A stretch of 64,000 nucleotides of DNA from Phoronis australis (taxonomy: Eukaryota > Animalia > Phoronida). The stretch's first letter is position 1, and every line of letters begins with the position of its first letter. The position numbers and the translations under genes were made by a program. Shown here piece after piece: positions 51,273-64,000 of the stretch. The notes beneath the pieces are model-generated. The model saw only the letters and a program-made list of their open reading frames with translations, searched no databases and was not told where the DNA came from. The stretch spans positions 599,628-663,627 of the forward strand of contig NMRA01000195.1 of the NCBI GenBank assembly GCA_002633005.1. The letters run 5' to 3'.

Positions 51273-54200
51273 TTCATTCTTGACACCGTCGCCCACAAGC
51301 TTGTACTTCAGGTGGTAACTATTGATTTGTTAAAGGAAATAGCTGTCACTGATTGAAGTGTAGTGAATGTTAAATACTATCTTAGTTGCTGAAACCTGAA
51401 ACAAAGAAGATGTACTCCTGACCAGTAGATAGAAATAACATCATAACCCATGAAGAACCAGAGACCAAAATTTTGCACACATTTTCCATAATGATTACGT
51501 CACTAGGAATCACTCTTTGTCTGTTACTGGTGATAGTCTCGGCAACAGAGACGTATAATCAACTGCAACAATGTTTTTGAGGTTTCATCTCAGACCTTTA
51601 GCATCCCATAAAATTTTGTCAATGTTATCGATACCATTGTTTTGCTTAATTTTAATGAGACAACGTGGTCATGCGACCCAGTTGCAGGCAGATTGGTATG
51701 AAATCTTATGAAATCTAAGTCAAATTCCACAGGCTTTCTCCTGTCTGAAAATATACAGTTTGTGTTATTTATTGGCTAAATACAGAATCCTACATGAGTA
51801 TCAGGTTTATGACATGGGCAAAACCTCTTGGAAATTTCACCAAAATCCCGACGCAACTTTTGTAAAAACACGATTGCGCGGTGTAAAGGAAGTCAGTTAC
51901 TTTTTGTTAATAGGTTTATTTTAAGCTTAACAATTGTAAACTACATTCAGCTTTCGTAACAAATATTCAAGTTAGAATCTAATAAATAGTCTTTGAAGCT
52001 ATAATATTTAACTAAAAAATATTCATAAATAACAGTCAGCAAAGATTCCCTGCATGTGAGCACTAAATTGACCTTGAGACAGCACAGCTGGTAAGACAGT
52101 CTCGCCGCTTTTTTGAGTTGGGACTCGTCTCCGTTTGAATGAACGAGGATATGGATTTTGCCGCCAAAGATGGATCCGTTTAAGAAGTTGTTTGCATTTC
52201 CTTCCGACTGGGAGTACGTACAGTTGCTACACCTGATTTGTCAATCCTAACCATGTCACCTTCTTAGAATTCCGACATTGTTTGGTTAGCCTGGGTTTCG
52301 TTGTTTTAGTGTTTTACTGACGATAAAATGTAAGGCGTGTGGATTTCTACTTTACACTACTTTGTGATTTGCCAATGAAATATCAAAAAATTACGTACTC
52401 AGTGTTAATAACCAGTCATGTTGTAACACATTCGAGGTCATGTGAGAAATGCATAGTTTTAACGATAAGGTGTCAAATAACGTTAAAACATCTGGTATCT
52501 AATAATGGATGATGTTTCACCAGTAATGAAAAAGAACACTGGGAGGACAGAGAAAGGATACAGGAAGTCGCTTATGGCATCCATGTACTTGAAGTTTTCA
52601 CATGCCATGTCGACCTGTTCCAGCAGCTCATACAACACAACGGTCAGCTGAAAAAGGGTTGAAATGAGATTAATGTCGCACAGATCTCGTACCTTCCAAC
52701 TGTCTTACATAGGCACTCCTTTCTGTTCTGATTGAGTAGAATATTAAACAAGTTTTGTCACTTAAAAGATAAATGAACATTATTAATTTAAAATCACTCC
52801 ACCATTTTGCACCATTTACTTAATACAAACTTGTAATATTTGCTTTATACCAATTTTGAAGTGTCAGACTGTACGTAAAATGGTGTTGGTGGTGAACTCT
52901 GGTGACAACAAAAATCAAAAAATATCACGTTTGTTATCAAAGTGAGATCAACATAATTTTTGACAAAACGCTATTTTTAAACAAAGTAATATTTCATTTG
53001 GTTTTGGTTACATGTTTATGTGTTTTTGAACAAAAAATGAAGCAAAGAATATCTGTTTAGAATCCCCACCTTTTTATATTGGGATGAATTGCCATATGAA
53101 ATGACATCTGAATTAATTTGTTAAATGATATGTACAAAACTGGTACAGACACAAAATGGTCGCGTATCTTTAATGCTGTTGGTATTGAGGAAGAAAAAAA
53201 TATTAACAATAGACATAAAGTAAGTCCAGGACGAGATTAATTTTACACTGAATGCCTACCACATTTGGATACTTCACGGCCCCTGTTGGCTACATCAAAG
53301 TTTTGCATTTTCTATTTGCCTTTCGGCTTTGGCATCGTTTTTGTGTGTTCTTCAGTTGACTATCATGCCCTCCTACTGACTAAAGCCATTGACCATGAAA
53401 TGGACTCTACACAACTCTGTGCATGTATCATTAACTTTGAAAGTTCCGCTTACCTCCATGAGACATCTTGTTCTTTCCGTTTGCAGTCTCTGTAGGAACG
53501 GACCAATGAGATGACAGATAAAAATATACTGCTCCTCTGTCTTTGTGACAGGTTTGACCTTGTCTTTGATAAACCTGCACATAACATGTGATATAATTGT
53601 AAAACTGAGAGTCACCAAAAGATGTATACAGTGTCTCTGATGGTGTTTTTCATCAACAGGTATTGCCTCTAGCACTAATTGTTTGGTAGCCCAAACACTC
53701 TATGGGTCTAGATTTAACAGTCTAGTAGGATCCCATACCCATCTTGAAGAAGGAGGTACCCTTGGACTGTGGCCTTACAAGTGCATCACAAACAGGAAAG
53801 TTACTGGCTTAGGGTGCTTATTATTTTTAACACTGTCACGCGAAACAGCAAGAATAGTCATAATCCCCTGGTGTTTGCCTGTACCAAAAAACAAAACTTG
53901 AAAGTGGCGAAAACATTTGAGGAACCTAGTAAAAGTGAACACCATACATCCAAACACATCTACACCACATTTCGAAATTATCACTGTGCAGAGAAAAAGC
54001 ATTACAGACATCAAATCAGCAGGTGGTAGCCATCAAGTGCGACCACTAATTAAAGAAAACTCATTTCTCAAACTAATAAGTTTGAGAGAAACCTAGAAAG
54101 ACACACTCAGTAAACAAATCTAAAGCAAAATTGGCTTGTATGCGAAGAATGCTTACAACCCTAGCTCCAAGACTGAGGGTACAATTCAGCTACACATTTA

Positions 54201-57200
54201 AATATTCACTATGTTGACACATGCATATGCTTCAGCTGTGAATGTGCTGTTTCACTCTATACCACTCTGGCATGTGTGGAGACCGCAGGCAGTGTTTAAG
54301 GTGTGTTAAACCATCTAATACTTGTTTATCTTGGTTTGAAGCTGCGTCTTTGAAAGCATACTCAATAAAACTTTAAAGATGCTAAAAACACCTTCAGCTA
54401 AAATAACTCAGTTTCAAATATTATGCTCTTTACTCAGATTAGAAATGAATTGGCTGATATTGCATTACGCCATGCTCGGCGAAAAGAATGACTGGCCAGG
54501 TTAAGCCAACTTATCTTGCCTGTTTACAACCTGTCAGTTCTTCTCAACACCAGTAAGGAACAATCTGAATCTAATAGTAGTTGGTACAAATCAAAAGTTA
54601 TTTTTGACAGAGGGCAGTTTCAAAACTTCTTTCAATAGCTATGAACAAGGCTGCATTGTTCACTTACTGTGGTATGGAACTAAGTTGTCCAATAGTGGCG
54701 TGGTGCCATAAAGCCTGCACGAGAGACATTAACATGGAGCTGTGCTGCTCCTCATATGTAGTGAAACATGATTCAAAGTCCAGCATGCTGAAGATGTCAA
54801 CAGAGGCAGGGCAATGGGTCAGCACTGGGTCAAATGTCAACTGCTTAATGAGGCGATCATTAATAGCGCTCCAGTAATTTTCCTACAAAGCAATTTAATG
54901 TGGACAACTATAATCACAAAATAATGGAAATCAACTCTGCTTCATTGCAACATGATTGATTGTTGTCGACTCCGTTATCTTCTATGCAAAAAAATAGACA
55001 GCAAATCAAAATCCTACATGATCACATAACAAAATCCACATGATGTGGCCAACAGATGGCATGCTGGCAAGACTTAAATGTTTGCAACATAATTTCCATG
55101 CCATATTGAGACTGACATAGTCATATAAAATGCACATTCGTAATCCAGACTGATGTAGAAAATGATCAGCAATATATTAATATGGATAGCCTGTAAAGTT
55201 GCTGGCTGTAAAAAGGTTGATTGACAGCTCATTGTGTCTCGACTGACAACAGTGTCACAAAATTGCCATCTAGTCGTGGGCAGGTACACCTTAAGCCTAA
55301 ACTTACAGGCAGAGCTGAGAGCAGCAGTCCAACAGCATTCATCCAAGACAACAATGATTCACGAGGGATCTGGACACCCCTGTCAATGGATGTAAGACAT
55401 GTTTAGACATTCACCAGATTGACACACCAATGTCTTGATTATCGTCATGTATTTTTCTGTTCTAGCAGCCATTCATACATGTATCTTGATTTCAAGCAAA
55501 TACCAATTCTTACAGGTCAGGAGTCAAAGTGACACACCTATAATAAACTGAATTTATTAGACACGTGACCCAGACAAATTGCTAACAAATATCTGCTCAT
55601 ACATTGCAAATGTAACATCCAACATTATCATAATGGCAAAAGCGTAAATTTTAGCGAATAATAAAAGAAAATGTTGACATTGATGATGATAATAATGATA
55701 AGATGACCATGGTGTTGACAATGAGAGTCTTGATGTGCAATGGTGATGGCAAAGACAACAGCGATGAAGATGATATTTTTCTGCTGATACGGATGCTCAT
55801 GATAATGATAATGATAATGATACTGAGTTGACAGTGTGATGACAAATGAACATTTTGGTAACAATGATTATGGCGGTGATGACGGCAATGATAGCAATTA
55901 CAAACATGTCTTGATTGATGACAGTAATAACCAACACATACCACTTGAGGACCACATCTACTAGTTCACCCCCCACGATGTAGCTTGCCACAGGAAGTGC
56001 CATCACTTCAATGCATGTGGCGTATAGCGCATGAGTGGCCGCGTTGGGGAACTCGTTGAAACGCCATTCACAGCCAGTGAACATGGGCTTGTCATTGATG
56101 GCTGAGTGAGTTAAGGTGTGAAACTTCATGTCTTGGTAAAGTCACAGATGCAAAATGTTTCAGCAGTGTGTTGTTAGTCTGAAGACCTCCACAGTGCTAT
56201 GACTGACCACTAGGTGGCTCTTGGTGAAGTTCCTCACATGACTTGCTTAAACTGCCCCACACCCAGTCAAAGGTCAAGAAATGTATATAAGAAGAAATTC
56301 TTGGAGAGTAATATAAAAATAAGATGAGAGAAACAAACTATGAACTGAAATATGAAGGTGGGACCAGATTAAAAAACAGGTCACATGACACACCACTGGC
56401 TACCATCTTGTAGACAACAGCAGGGATATACCCAGGTTTCAAAACCCTACTCGCCAGTTGAGTGAATGAGCCAGAAAATCTACTTGCCCAGCCCGAAGTT
56501 CAGTTGCCCGACCGTTTGTGTCTGTCACCACAAACTTGCTACCAGTGTAAATAAAAATCATTGTTTTGTGCGTTGATGTCACCATCAATTGGGGCTACCG
56601 TATTCGCCCTAATAAGCGCCCAGGGTGCTTAGAAAAAATGCTTTCGGAAGAGGGGGGGGCGCTTGTTGTAGCCTAAGGAGGTTGAAATCCGGTCCTCCAA
56701 AATGGGTGAAATTGGAAGCTAGGATTCATCAAATTTACAGGCTGTGACATATCTGTAACCAATAACAGACTTTCTACAAAACTGTGGTGCATTTCTATCA
56801 AACTTTGTTGTTGAATTACAATCTTTTAAAAAAAATATGCTGAACTCCCAGGGCGAAAACTTGCCAACTGATGTGTCGCTCGCTGCCTCGCGATCGTCGA
56901 TAGGGCAATGAGTAAAAATACAGTTTCGTCTAAACAAATTACCGGTACCTGAAATCCTCCTTAAATTTTCCAAATAGCATCCTTAAGATTTTTAAGTTCC
57001 CGTGGAATCAGGACTAACCGCAGGTTAAGTCCAAATCTGCGCTAGCCACCCGCAACACGAGAAAAATCTGGACGAACACACACGTTGTTGTCACGTGACG
57101 TTTGTTTTGACGTTTGTCTGCAGGTGTGCGCCGAGTGAGCAAGCGCGTGCGTGTCATCAGAGTTCATTTGCCAGAGTAGCATGCCTACATTATGTAGGCC

Positions 57201-60200
57201 CTAGCACGCGCTTCTTGGCCACGTGCTCATCGCTGGTCAAGTTTCGATTCGTGGCTTTTACGTGTACAAAGTAATCTAGATTCCTGTTGAGGGAGAAGAT
57301 CTGTACAGGAGTGATACAATACAATCCCACTGACCAGTACGTTGCATCTGTTCTGAAAGGCCCGACTATAGTCACGTGGGACACGTTCCTCACATCTTGA
57401 TTAGCAAAACTTCTGCATTCTTTTTAAAGCACTGTGGAAGTTTGATGGAAGTGAACAGCCACTGCTAAATACCAACATAGCCGTGAGGCTCATGGTCTAA
57501 AAATTCTGCGCACAATGATTTTTCAGGACTGTCGGATGTTATTGATGAATTGAAGACATTACTGTAGAATTTTAGAACTGTAGGTAAGGCATTTTGCGCA
57601 TATGTACAACTGACGTTCATGGACTGGGCACTTATTTTAGCAAAGTCTGAAAACGAGTAGGGGACGTTTATAAGGGTATGGGCGCTTACGGCGAATGTTA
57701 TTAATCATAAAATAATTTTGGCGAAAATGACATTATTCATTACAATAAGAAATCAGTTCCTAGAAATATGGTATTTCACTTGCTGTGGCCCGGTCTTCTG
57801 CTTTTCCCCCCTTTCTTTGTTTCAGACTAGTCCACAATTCCTTTGTGCACGACCACACACTGTGATCTTTGTCTAGACGAATCGCATAATGGGTGACATC
57901 TACTGAATCGGTGAGATCGCACTGCGCCGATGTTTTTTACTGCCAGAGCATCGACACACTGGCCAAAATGAACCTTAAATTCATGATAAAAACAGCACAA
58001 GGAGGAGAAAATTTATTCATGTTCATCTGGGATATAGTGCTTTTGTGCTCTGAAAATTCGCTCGCCACCTGGGCGACCGGCAAGTCAACTTGTACTCGCC
58101 CAGCACCATTTTTACTCGCATTGGTGACTGGGCGAGTGGCTAAGTATATCCCTGCAACAGTACAACAAAGGTAAAGCTGCATACACGATGCAGCTGAACA
58201 CTTCTGCAGAAGAAAAATACGTTGTTAATCACTGAAAAACTAAATTCGAAACTTTAAACAATAAGCTTACCTTGCTTTAATTTAACTGATTGATTTCTGT
58301 GGTCAAGCCAAAAATGTCTGCCAAAAATTATATGGAAGACACAGTTGTCATCCCCTTCACCTATTTCACACTCCAATTAAAGTCATATGCTCTAACATAA
58401 AGGATACTGTCGACCAGTCTTGCCACAAGTCGTTTGTAATAACTGTAGTCAGGCAGCCAGTTGATCTGTTCAGGGCCTGTTTGCAGGTACTCCAGGTAGT
58501 CGTTTGTCAAGCACCAATCCCTTGGTTTGACGCATCCCAGTGTGCCTAATGGCAAAAAAGAGAGATGGATTCATGATCATTTCAGGATGACAACAGCAAT
58601 TACTATTGAAGCAGTAAAATTATCACAACCGCAGTATTATCAATGCATACAGTGAAGATTCAATTAATACACCGAGTTCTCAATTTCAAGAAAAAGAAAG
58701 AAAACTTTACTTCATAATTTGTACACTTTACAATGAAAAGGGTATCAACAACAAACTTATAATTGAAACTGGGGCATTTTGACCACGCCGTGAGCTTTTG
58801 ATAAAATGACCAATTGGCAAATACTTTTTAAAAATTTTTACCGTACACTGGCTGCACTTGATTGACAGTCTTAAGTCATCTGATTGGTTCTCGATGATGA
58901 CTCAGTTTACAAACCAATCAGATATCAGTTGGCCAGGAGGAACTGGCAAAGTCAATCACGAGCAGCCATTGCAAAAAATGATATAAAATATTTTGAAACC
59001 TATTGGAATTCTGAGCTTTTGTGTTCCTTGTTATTTGCCTCCTAATTCCATTATATAAAACACTAAAATGCTATTTCCAGTTACTGTAGTATAACAATAA
59101 GAAAGATAGTAAACATATGATCAACCAGAACAACAAAAGTAGCCTGACATGAATTCATTGCCAAAACGATGTGAGCAACAGAGTACAACACAGAATACAT
59201 GGTACTGTCTTATTGCTTTGCGCATTTTTACCTAAGTGTTAATTCACTTGATTATGGACACTGTTGCTCTTTGTTACTATGAGTTCCTGAGTCTCTTAAT
59301 CCACACAATACACAACTCACATAGCTCATCAAAGACTATTACAGTAACTATACACCCACAGGTGATGTAAATGTCCATTGTAAACATAAGGATACATACA
59401 ATCTTATCAATGAATGTGTCTGACAGTGTATTTAGCCAAGTATCTATAGACCAAATATTGGAACTCAGTAAAAGTAAAAGCATAGTTTGTGAAACCGTAA
59501 AGCTTGTACAATTTCATTTTTGACTTTTTAACAATCTTTCATTGGGTCATTTGAGGATGTCACGGTAAAATTTAACAAAGAAAGGTACATTCAATTTGAT
59601 AGTAAAAGTAATAGACAAGTATCAATAACATTAGCCAAACTTCACTTGATATAAATGTTCAAGATGAAACCTCAAAAACTATTTAATACAATTTTCTATA
59701 TTATCATTTCATTTTCATTTTAAGCAACTTTTGATTTTTCATGGGAGTCATAAAAGTCCTATGTTTTATAGCGTTTCGTGCAAAAATTAAGGATTTTAAA
59801 ACAACTGTTTACTTCTTTCAGTGAAATGGTCAACAATGCATAAAGCATTATAGTAACTGGAAGTTTCATAATAAAATCAGTCATTTCTGAGATATGATGT
59901 TCCAAAGTTAGTCATATTTGGCCATTATTCTATGGTCCTACATTAATCTTAATGAAGAAAATCAATTAACTCCCTGGTGCTACAGTGAGCGTTAAACAAA
60001 TTCAACAAGAGAACCGTTCAATTTTTAATTAAGTCACCTATGATAGTTTGAAGAAGTTTCTTTTTGAGACTTGGTCTGTCTTTCAGCTTCCTGTCATAGT
60101 AGTGGAGGGTGTTGAATAAGTAGGTCAAAGGTCGATCTGAAGATAGAATGCACACGTACACATCAATGCAATTACACTGGTCAAAGCTTAGTTAGATTCT

Positions 60201-63200
60201 TTTCATAGAGATACTCTTTGCACAATTATTTGTTTTCATGTTGGTAAATCCTTAGATACGAAACACCAGGCATAAATTAACATTGCCCAATAATTTCAAA
60301 CTACATTCTATGTTGTAGAAAAGGTGTATTTGAGTACAGAGGAGGTATACCCTGACATGTTAGAGGATATCACAAGTAACTATATTCATCTCTGTTTAGT
60401 TGGTAGAAAACTCAATGGACCACAACATTAACAAAAAATATTATGGGACTTACGTAGACCAGTGACACCTCATGATACTTCATAGCAACTGACACGTGAC
60501 AAGACAAGCAATGACTCAGCATATTATTTATAGAGAACACGTACTGTGGAATCTATAGATCTTTCCCAGGTTATCAAGGAGTGGTTCCAGCAGTTTGTGA
60601 GATGGCTGCATCTCAATGAGTCTGTGAATGACTAGATCAAATACCTGGAATGAAGACATATGTTAATTAATTCTAAAATCTATTTCAATTCCGCTGTTTA
60701 GTGATGACGTGTCATGGCAGTAGATGATGCAATTTGGACTCGGAAATAAGAATAGACATGCTGTCACACTGGGTCCAAAACGTCAAAATAACATCATGCT
60801 AAACATTCTTTTAATCACATTTAGAGCCCCAACACAAAAATGATATAACTTAGGTGTACAAGAATGCCACAGAAACATACCTGGCTGAAATGCAGACTAT
60901 TGAAATGCAGAAATGAGACTTGGTGGCACAGCATTTTTTACAATTTAGACATTTCATGTTAATCTCTTGAGGCTCAGCTTAGAACTAACTGTAACAGTTA
61001 CTTAGGCCTTATGCTTGCTCCTTTTGATGAGAAACTGACATGTACTATTCACATTTTACATATTAAGAATAAAAACTTTAGTGACTCGGTCATTAATTTC
61101 ACGATCTCACAGAAGTTAGTTGCCTGCGTAGGTGAAGCACATACCGGCAGGAAGCGAAGACAGACATTGCTGAAGTAGACCGGTAAGTACATGTGAGACT
61201 GGAGTGCCCCCTGTGAGCCAGGCAGTTCTTGCAGACCTTCATAGTTGAACCTCTCGGGGTACTTCTGGTGGAAGGCCATATGTTTCTCATGCCAGTTACT
61301 ATGAAGCCAGTGCTCTGGACTGTTCTGTCAGAGAGTGGAGATCACAAGGTAAACTTGAATAACTATTGCCAGAAACCACTGATTATTTATTTAAACATGA
61401 AACACTTTCAATATTCTGCCACAAATGGAGGCAACTTCTGGGATGCCACCAAACGATTTATAACAATATTCAAATAAACATGTCACAAGAGATCATTGAA
61501 ACCAAGAGTTTTCACCACCATCATTTGCTACAATATCCTTACATCATTCACAAAGTCGTTGACACGATTTCTGAACTCTTGCTTCAGAAGTACTCTCTGC
61601 ATGATCAGATAACACACTTGAGCTTCGTTACCTTCAAAGTGACGCAACACCTGAAAAATATAACAAGTCAACTTAAGTTTTGACTTGAAATTAGCCATTT
61701 AAAATCCTTCTATGTCAACGCAACATTCACAAGATAGTCTTTAGTAACTGTTCTTCTTCGTTACCTAGCAACCCAAGTGTTAGAGGGTCAGTATTTGTAT
61801 ATGTATTTAGCTGCACACAATTTCTTAAAAGTCTCACATTTTTGAGCCTAATTCAGCTGAAAGTGGGTGCAGTAGAAAGATTTTGTAATTGTGATTTTAT
61901 TTCAAACATAAATTTGCCAAAATAATCTTAAGTGTAATTATTTTTCAAAAACTCATATTCTACGACAGAAACAGCTGAATTCTGAATTCTGCTGTGGAAC
62001 ACTTGAATTTTAGAGGTTTCTTCAATTATGCCATGTAACAATATGAATGACACATGACATAAAAACATATTCAAACTCCTAATAAATGTATATACTAGAG
62101 ATGACAAACTAATTATACTCCAACAGTAGCTATATTGAGAGTACGTGCAGACACATGCAAATGTCTTATATGAGCAGTTGAATGGACAACCTCTACACAT
62201 ACTATGGACTTTACAGCACTGCAAAAATTGTCCAACCCAATGGAAATCGGGTACAGCATAATAGCACAGGGAAATGCTGCCCAGCACAAACTTGGTTCAT
62301 GTACACTCAGTCTGGTGCACTCAAATTACTTGCAACCGAAGCTGTACCATGTGCTACAAACTTAATGGTAATTTGTCAAAACCATGATTCTTGATTTTTC
62401 ATACCCTGACTTCCAGCGCCACATAGCATGTGACTAAGTGTTATTTAATGACATGTGAGTAGTACAAACTAAGATAATTGTCATCTTTAACTTAAAAAAG
62501 ACATTTTTGGGATTTTTTGAATAAATGAAAACTAGACTTTACTGTGTTAGAAAGCATTATATCTGGGTGTCAAAATATTACATAAATTATATTGTGGGAG
62601 TTAAATGTTATGCGTTACTACCAATAATGATTACTCCAATTGTCGTTGACTTACCAGTGTGAGCACAAGCTTGTCAATAGGGACCACATTACATTTCCAG
62701 ACTAGATCAGCCGTCACATCAACATACTGTCAATCAAAGCAAATGAGATGAGAATACATTAGACTGGCAAGACAATAATATCTCTAGGATGACTGAGTTA
62801 GAAAGGAAAGTTGAATTTCCCACTGTGTATGTTTGGTTTTCTGTGTCTACACATTGTGAAATAAATCTTAGCATTTTCCTATCCTGGGCAAACTGTCTCA
62901 ATGTTCAATGCATAGCCAAGTGTGAATACAAGCACCTTTTTGTGATTTTTTAGAAACTGAAAAATGGCACACCTTTGTAAAGTGGTTGACATAGTTACAA
63001 AACATTTATATGAAGCTGTTGAAGCAGTCAGCCAAAACAGACATTTCCAAAATCGTTTTCAGCATGAATACATCAATTTTTTTCTATTCTTAAGGGTATA
63101 CAAATTTGCTACAAAACATTAAGATATATCAAAACAAATAAATTAAGAAGTAATCTGTGCAAGAGCCAACAAGATACAGAGTTCTGACTGTTTGCACCTA

Positions 63201-63704
63201 AAAACAAAAGGAATACATATGTAAAGTGACCCTGCAAACACTGTTTTGAAATTTGGTCACATGATAATATCGTCAGAACTGTCTGGCCTGTCATGTTAAA
63301 AATGTTTGATGTTCAGGAAATAGTCACCACTGAACTTGTACTTGCTGTATCAGTAACATATTCATGTGACATTAAAAATGCTTGAAATAAAAACAACATT
63401 GGAATATAATTTCTTGAACAAAACTTCATACAAAAACTCCATGAAGCACAAATGGGACCAGCAATATTCTAACTTACTCTTTGGAAGAACTGTTGTTGAC
63501 AGTGACAAAACTCAAACACCAGGTAGTCTGCAAATGTTCTCAAGTGCTGTGACAATGCCTTGGCTCCAAGACGTTCTAAGACTTTGTAAGCTGCTGGAGA
63601 CACCTGGAGGTCATCTAGCAAACACTTCCACAGTACACACAGGAAGATTGGCGGTGCCCCCTGCTGGCTGAAGTGTGCTATGGCATCATTCTCAGAAACC
63701 GTCA
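51159..63704 (-). CDS. MED23: Mediator subunit 23, 3' portion (gene continues beyond the window end)
   Basis: Exons (minus strand): 63704-63478, 62726-62655, 61650-61543, 61324-61145, 60644-60545, 60136-60038, 58545-58408, 56101-55942, 55379-55307, 54882-54668, 53574-53454, 52647-52562, 51318-51159 (TAA). Motifs match recalled MED23: 'EGNEAQVCY', 'NSPEHWL', 'YLPVYFSNVCLRFLPVFD', 'WRFNEFPNAATHAL', 'GPFLQRLQTERTRCLME', 'DFLYHLKY'. Confidence 0.93.
51319..52561 (-). other. U12-type GT-AG intron (last intron) of MED23
   Basis: Minus-strand 5' site GTATCCTT; branch point TTCCTTTAAC followed by AAATCAATAG acceptor. Splicing restores DFL|YHLKY. Confidence 0.88.
55625..55930. repeat. Degenerate (GAT/AAT/GAC)n low-complexity tract in MED23 intron
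   Basis: Runs such as GATAATGATAATGATAATGAT and GATGATGATAATAATGAT. Confidence 0.7.
56421..58154. mobile_element. hAT-like non-autonomous element with 6-bp flanking direct repeat
   Basis: TIR CAGGGATATAC / GTATATCCCTG; CAACAG on both sides; (T/A)CTCGCCC/CTTGCCC subterminal repeats. Confidence 0.7.
56598..57700. mobile_element. pogo/Tigger-like MITE nested in the hAT-like element
   Basis: TA-CCGTATTCGCCCTAATAAGCGCCC left end; degenerate GGGCGCTTA..GGCGAAT right end. Confidence 0.55.
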
Positions 63705-64000
63705 CTGGCAAGAAAAAAATAAATTAATATGATGTTTTGAAATCACGGTAAAGAGAAATGATCATAGAACTTTATTGTTAAGTATGAAAAATTGATAAGC
63801 AAGAATTAAATTGAATGGTGACATTTTCACAAGAGATAGAAATTCCACATACAGTAGCAAATCACATGATATCGTGTTCCATTGCAGTAAAACCAATCCA
63901 CTGTTACAGCATAAGGTGTGATTACACCAACCCCAAAAATAACAGGATTTCTTTCATGATTTAAACAAAGTATGAGACAGGCGAACTCTTTAAAAAATAA

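Larger units (their letters stand above)
56102..58407 (-). other. U12-type GT-AG intron of MED23
   Basis: Minus-strand 5' site GTATCCTT; branch point CACCTTAAC followed by TCACTCAG acceptor. Splicing restores RLVDT|INDKPMF. Confidence 0.9.

Noticed and set aside
55628-55944. His/Ile/Ser-rich ORFs
   Set aside because: Translation of an intronic degenerate trinucleotide repeat.

Overview
AT-rich eukaryotic (metazoan, probably marine invertebrate) genomic DNA; no prokaryotic features or CRISPR arrays were found. About 1-29 kb is a dense cluster of nested transposons: a decayed BEL/Pao LTR retrotransposon, a Helentron-type (HINE) element amplified into a ~430 bp/~1.6 kb higher-order tandem array, several MITEs, and a ~7.7 kb TIR element containing an RTEX-like LINE, a C2H2 zinc-finger remnant and an Academ derivative. 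This cluster is followed by a twin perfect-hairpin insertion and a duplicated block around an N-gap. About 29.7-64 kb holds a convergent gene pair: NEK8 (+, 15 coding exons seen, first exon not found) and the 3' half of MED23 (-, 12 exons). The pair carries three minor-spliceosome (U12-type) introns, two of them filled with nested transposons. The most unusual observation is three extra diverged tandem copies of the MED23 C-terminal coding motif directly after the MED23 stop codon, largely in one ATG-initiated frame. All assignments were made by eye from motif recall; no searches were run.
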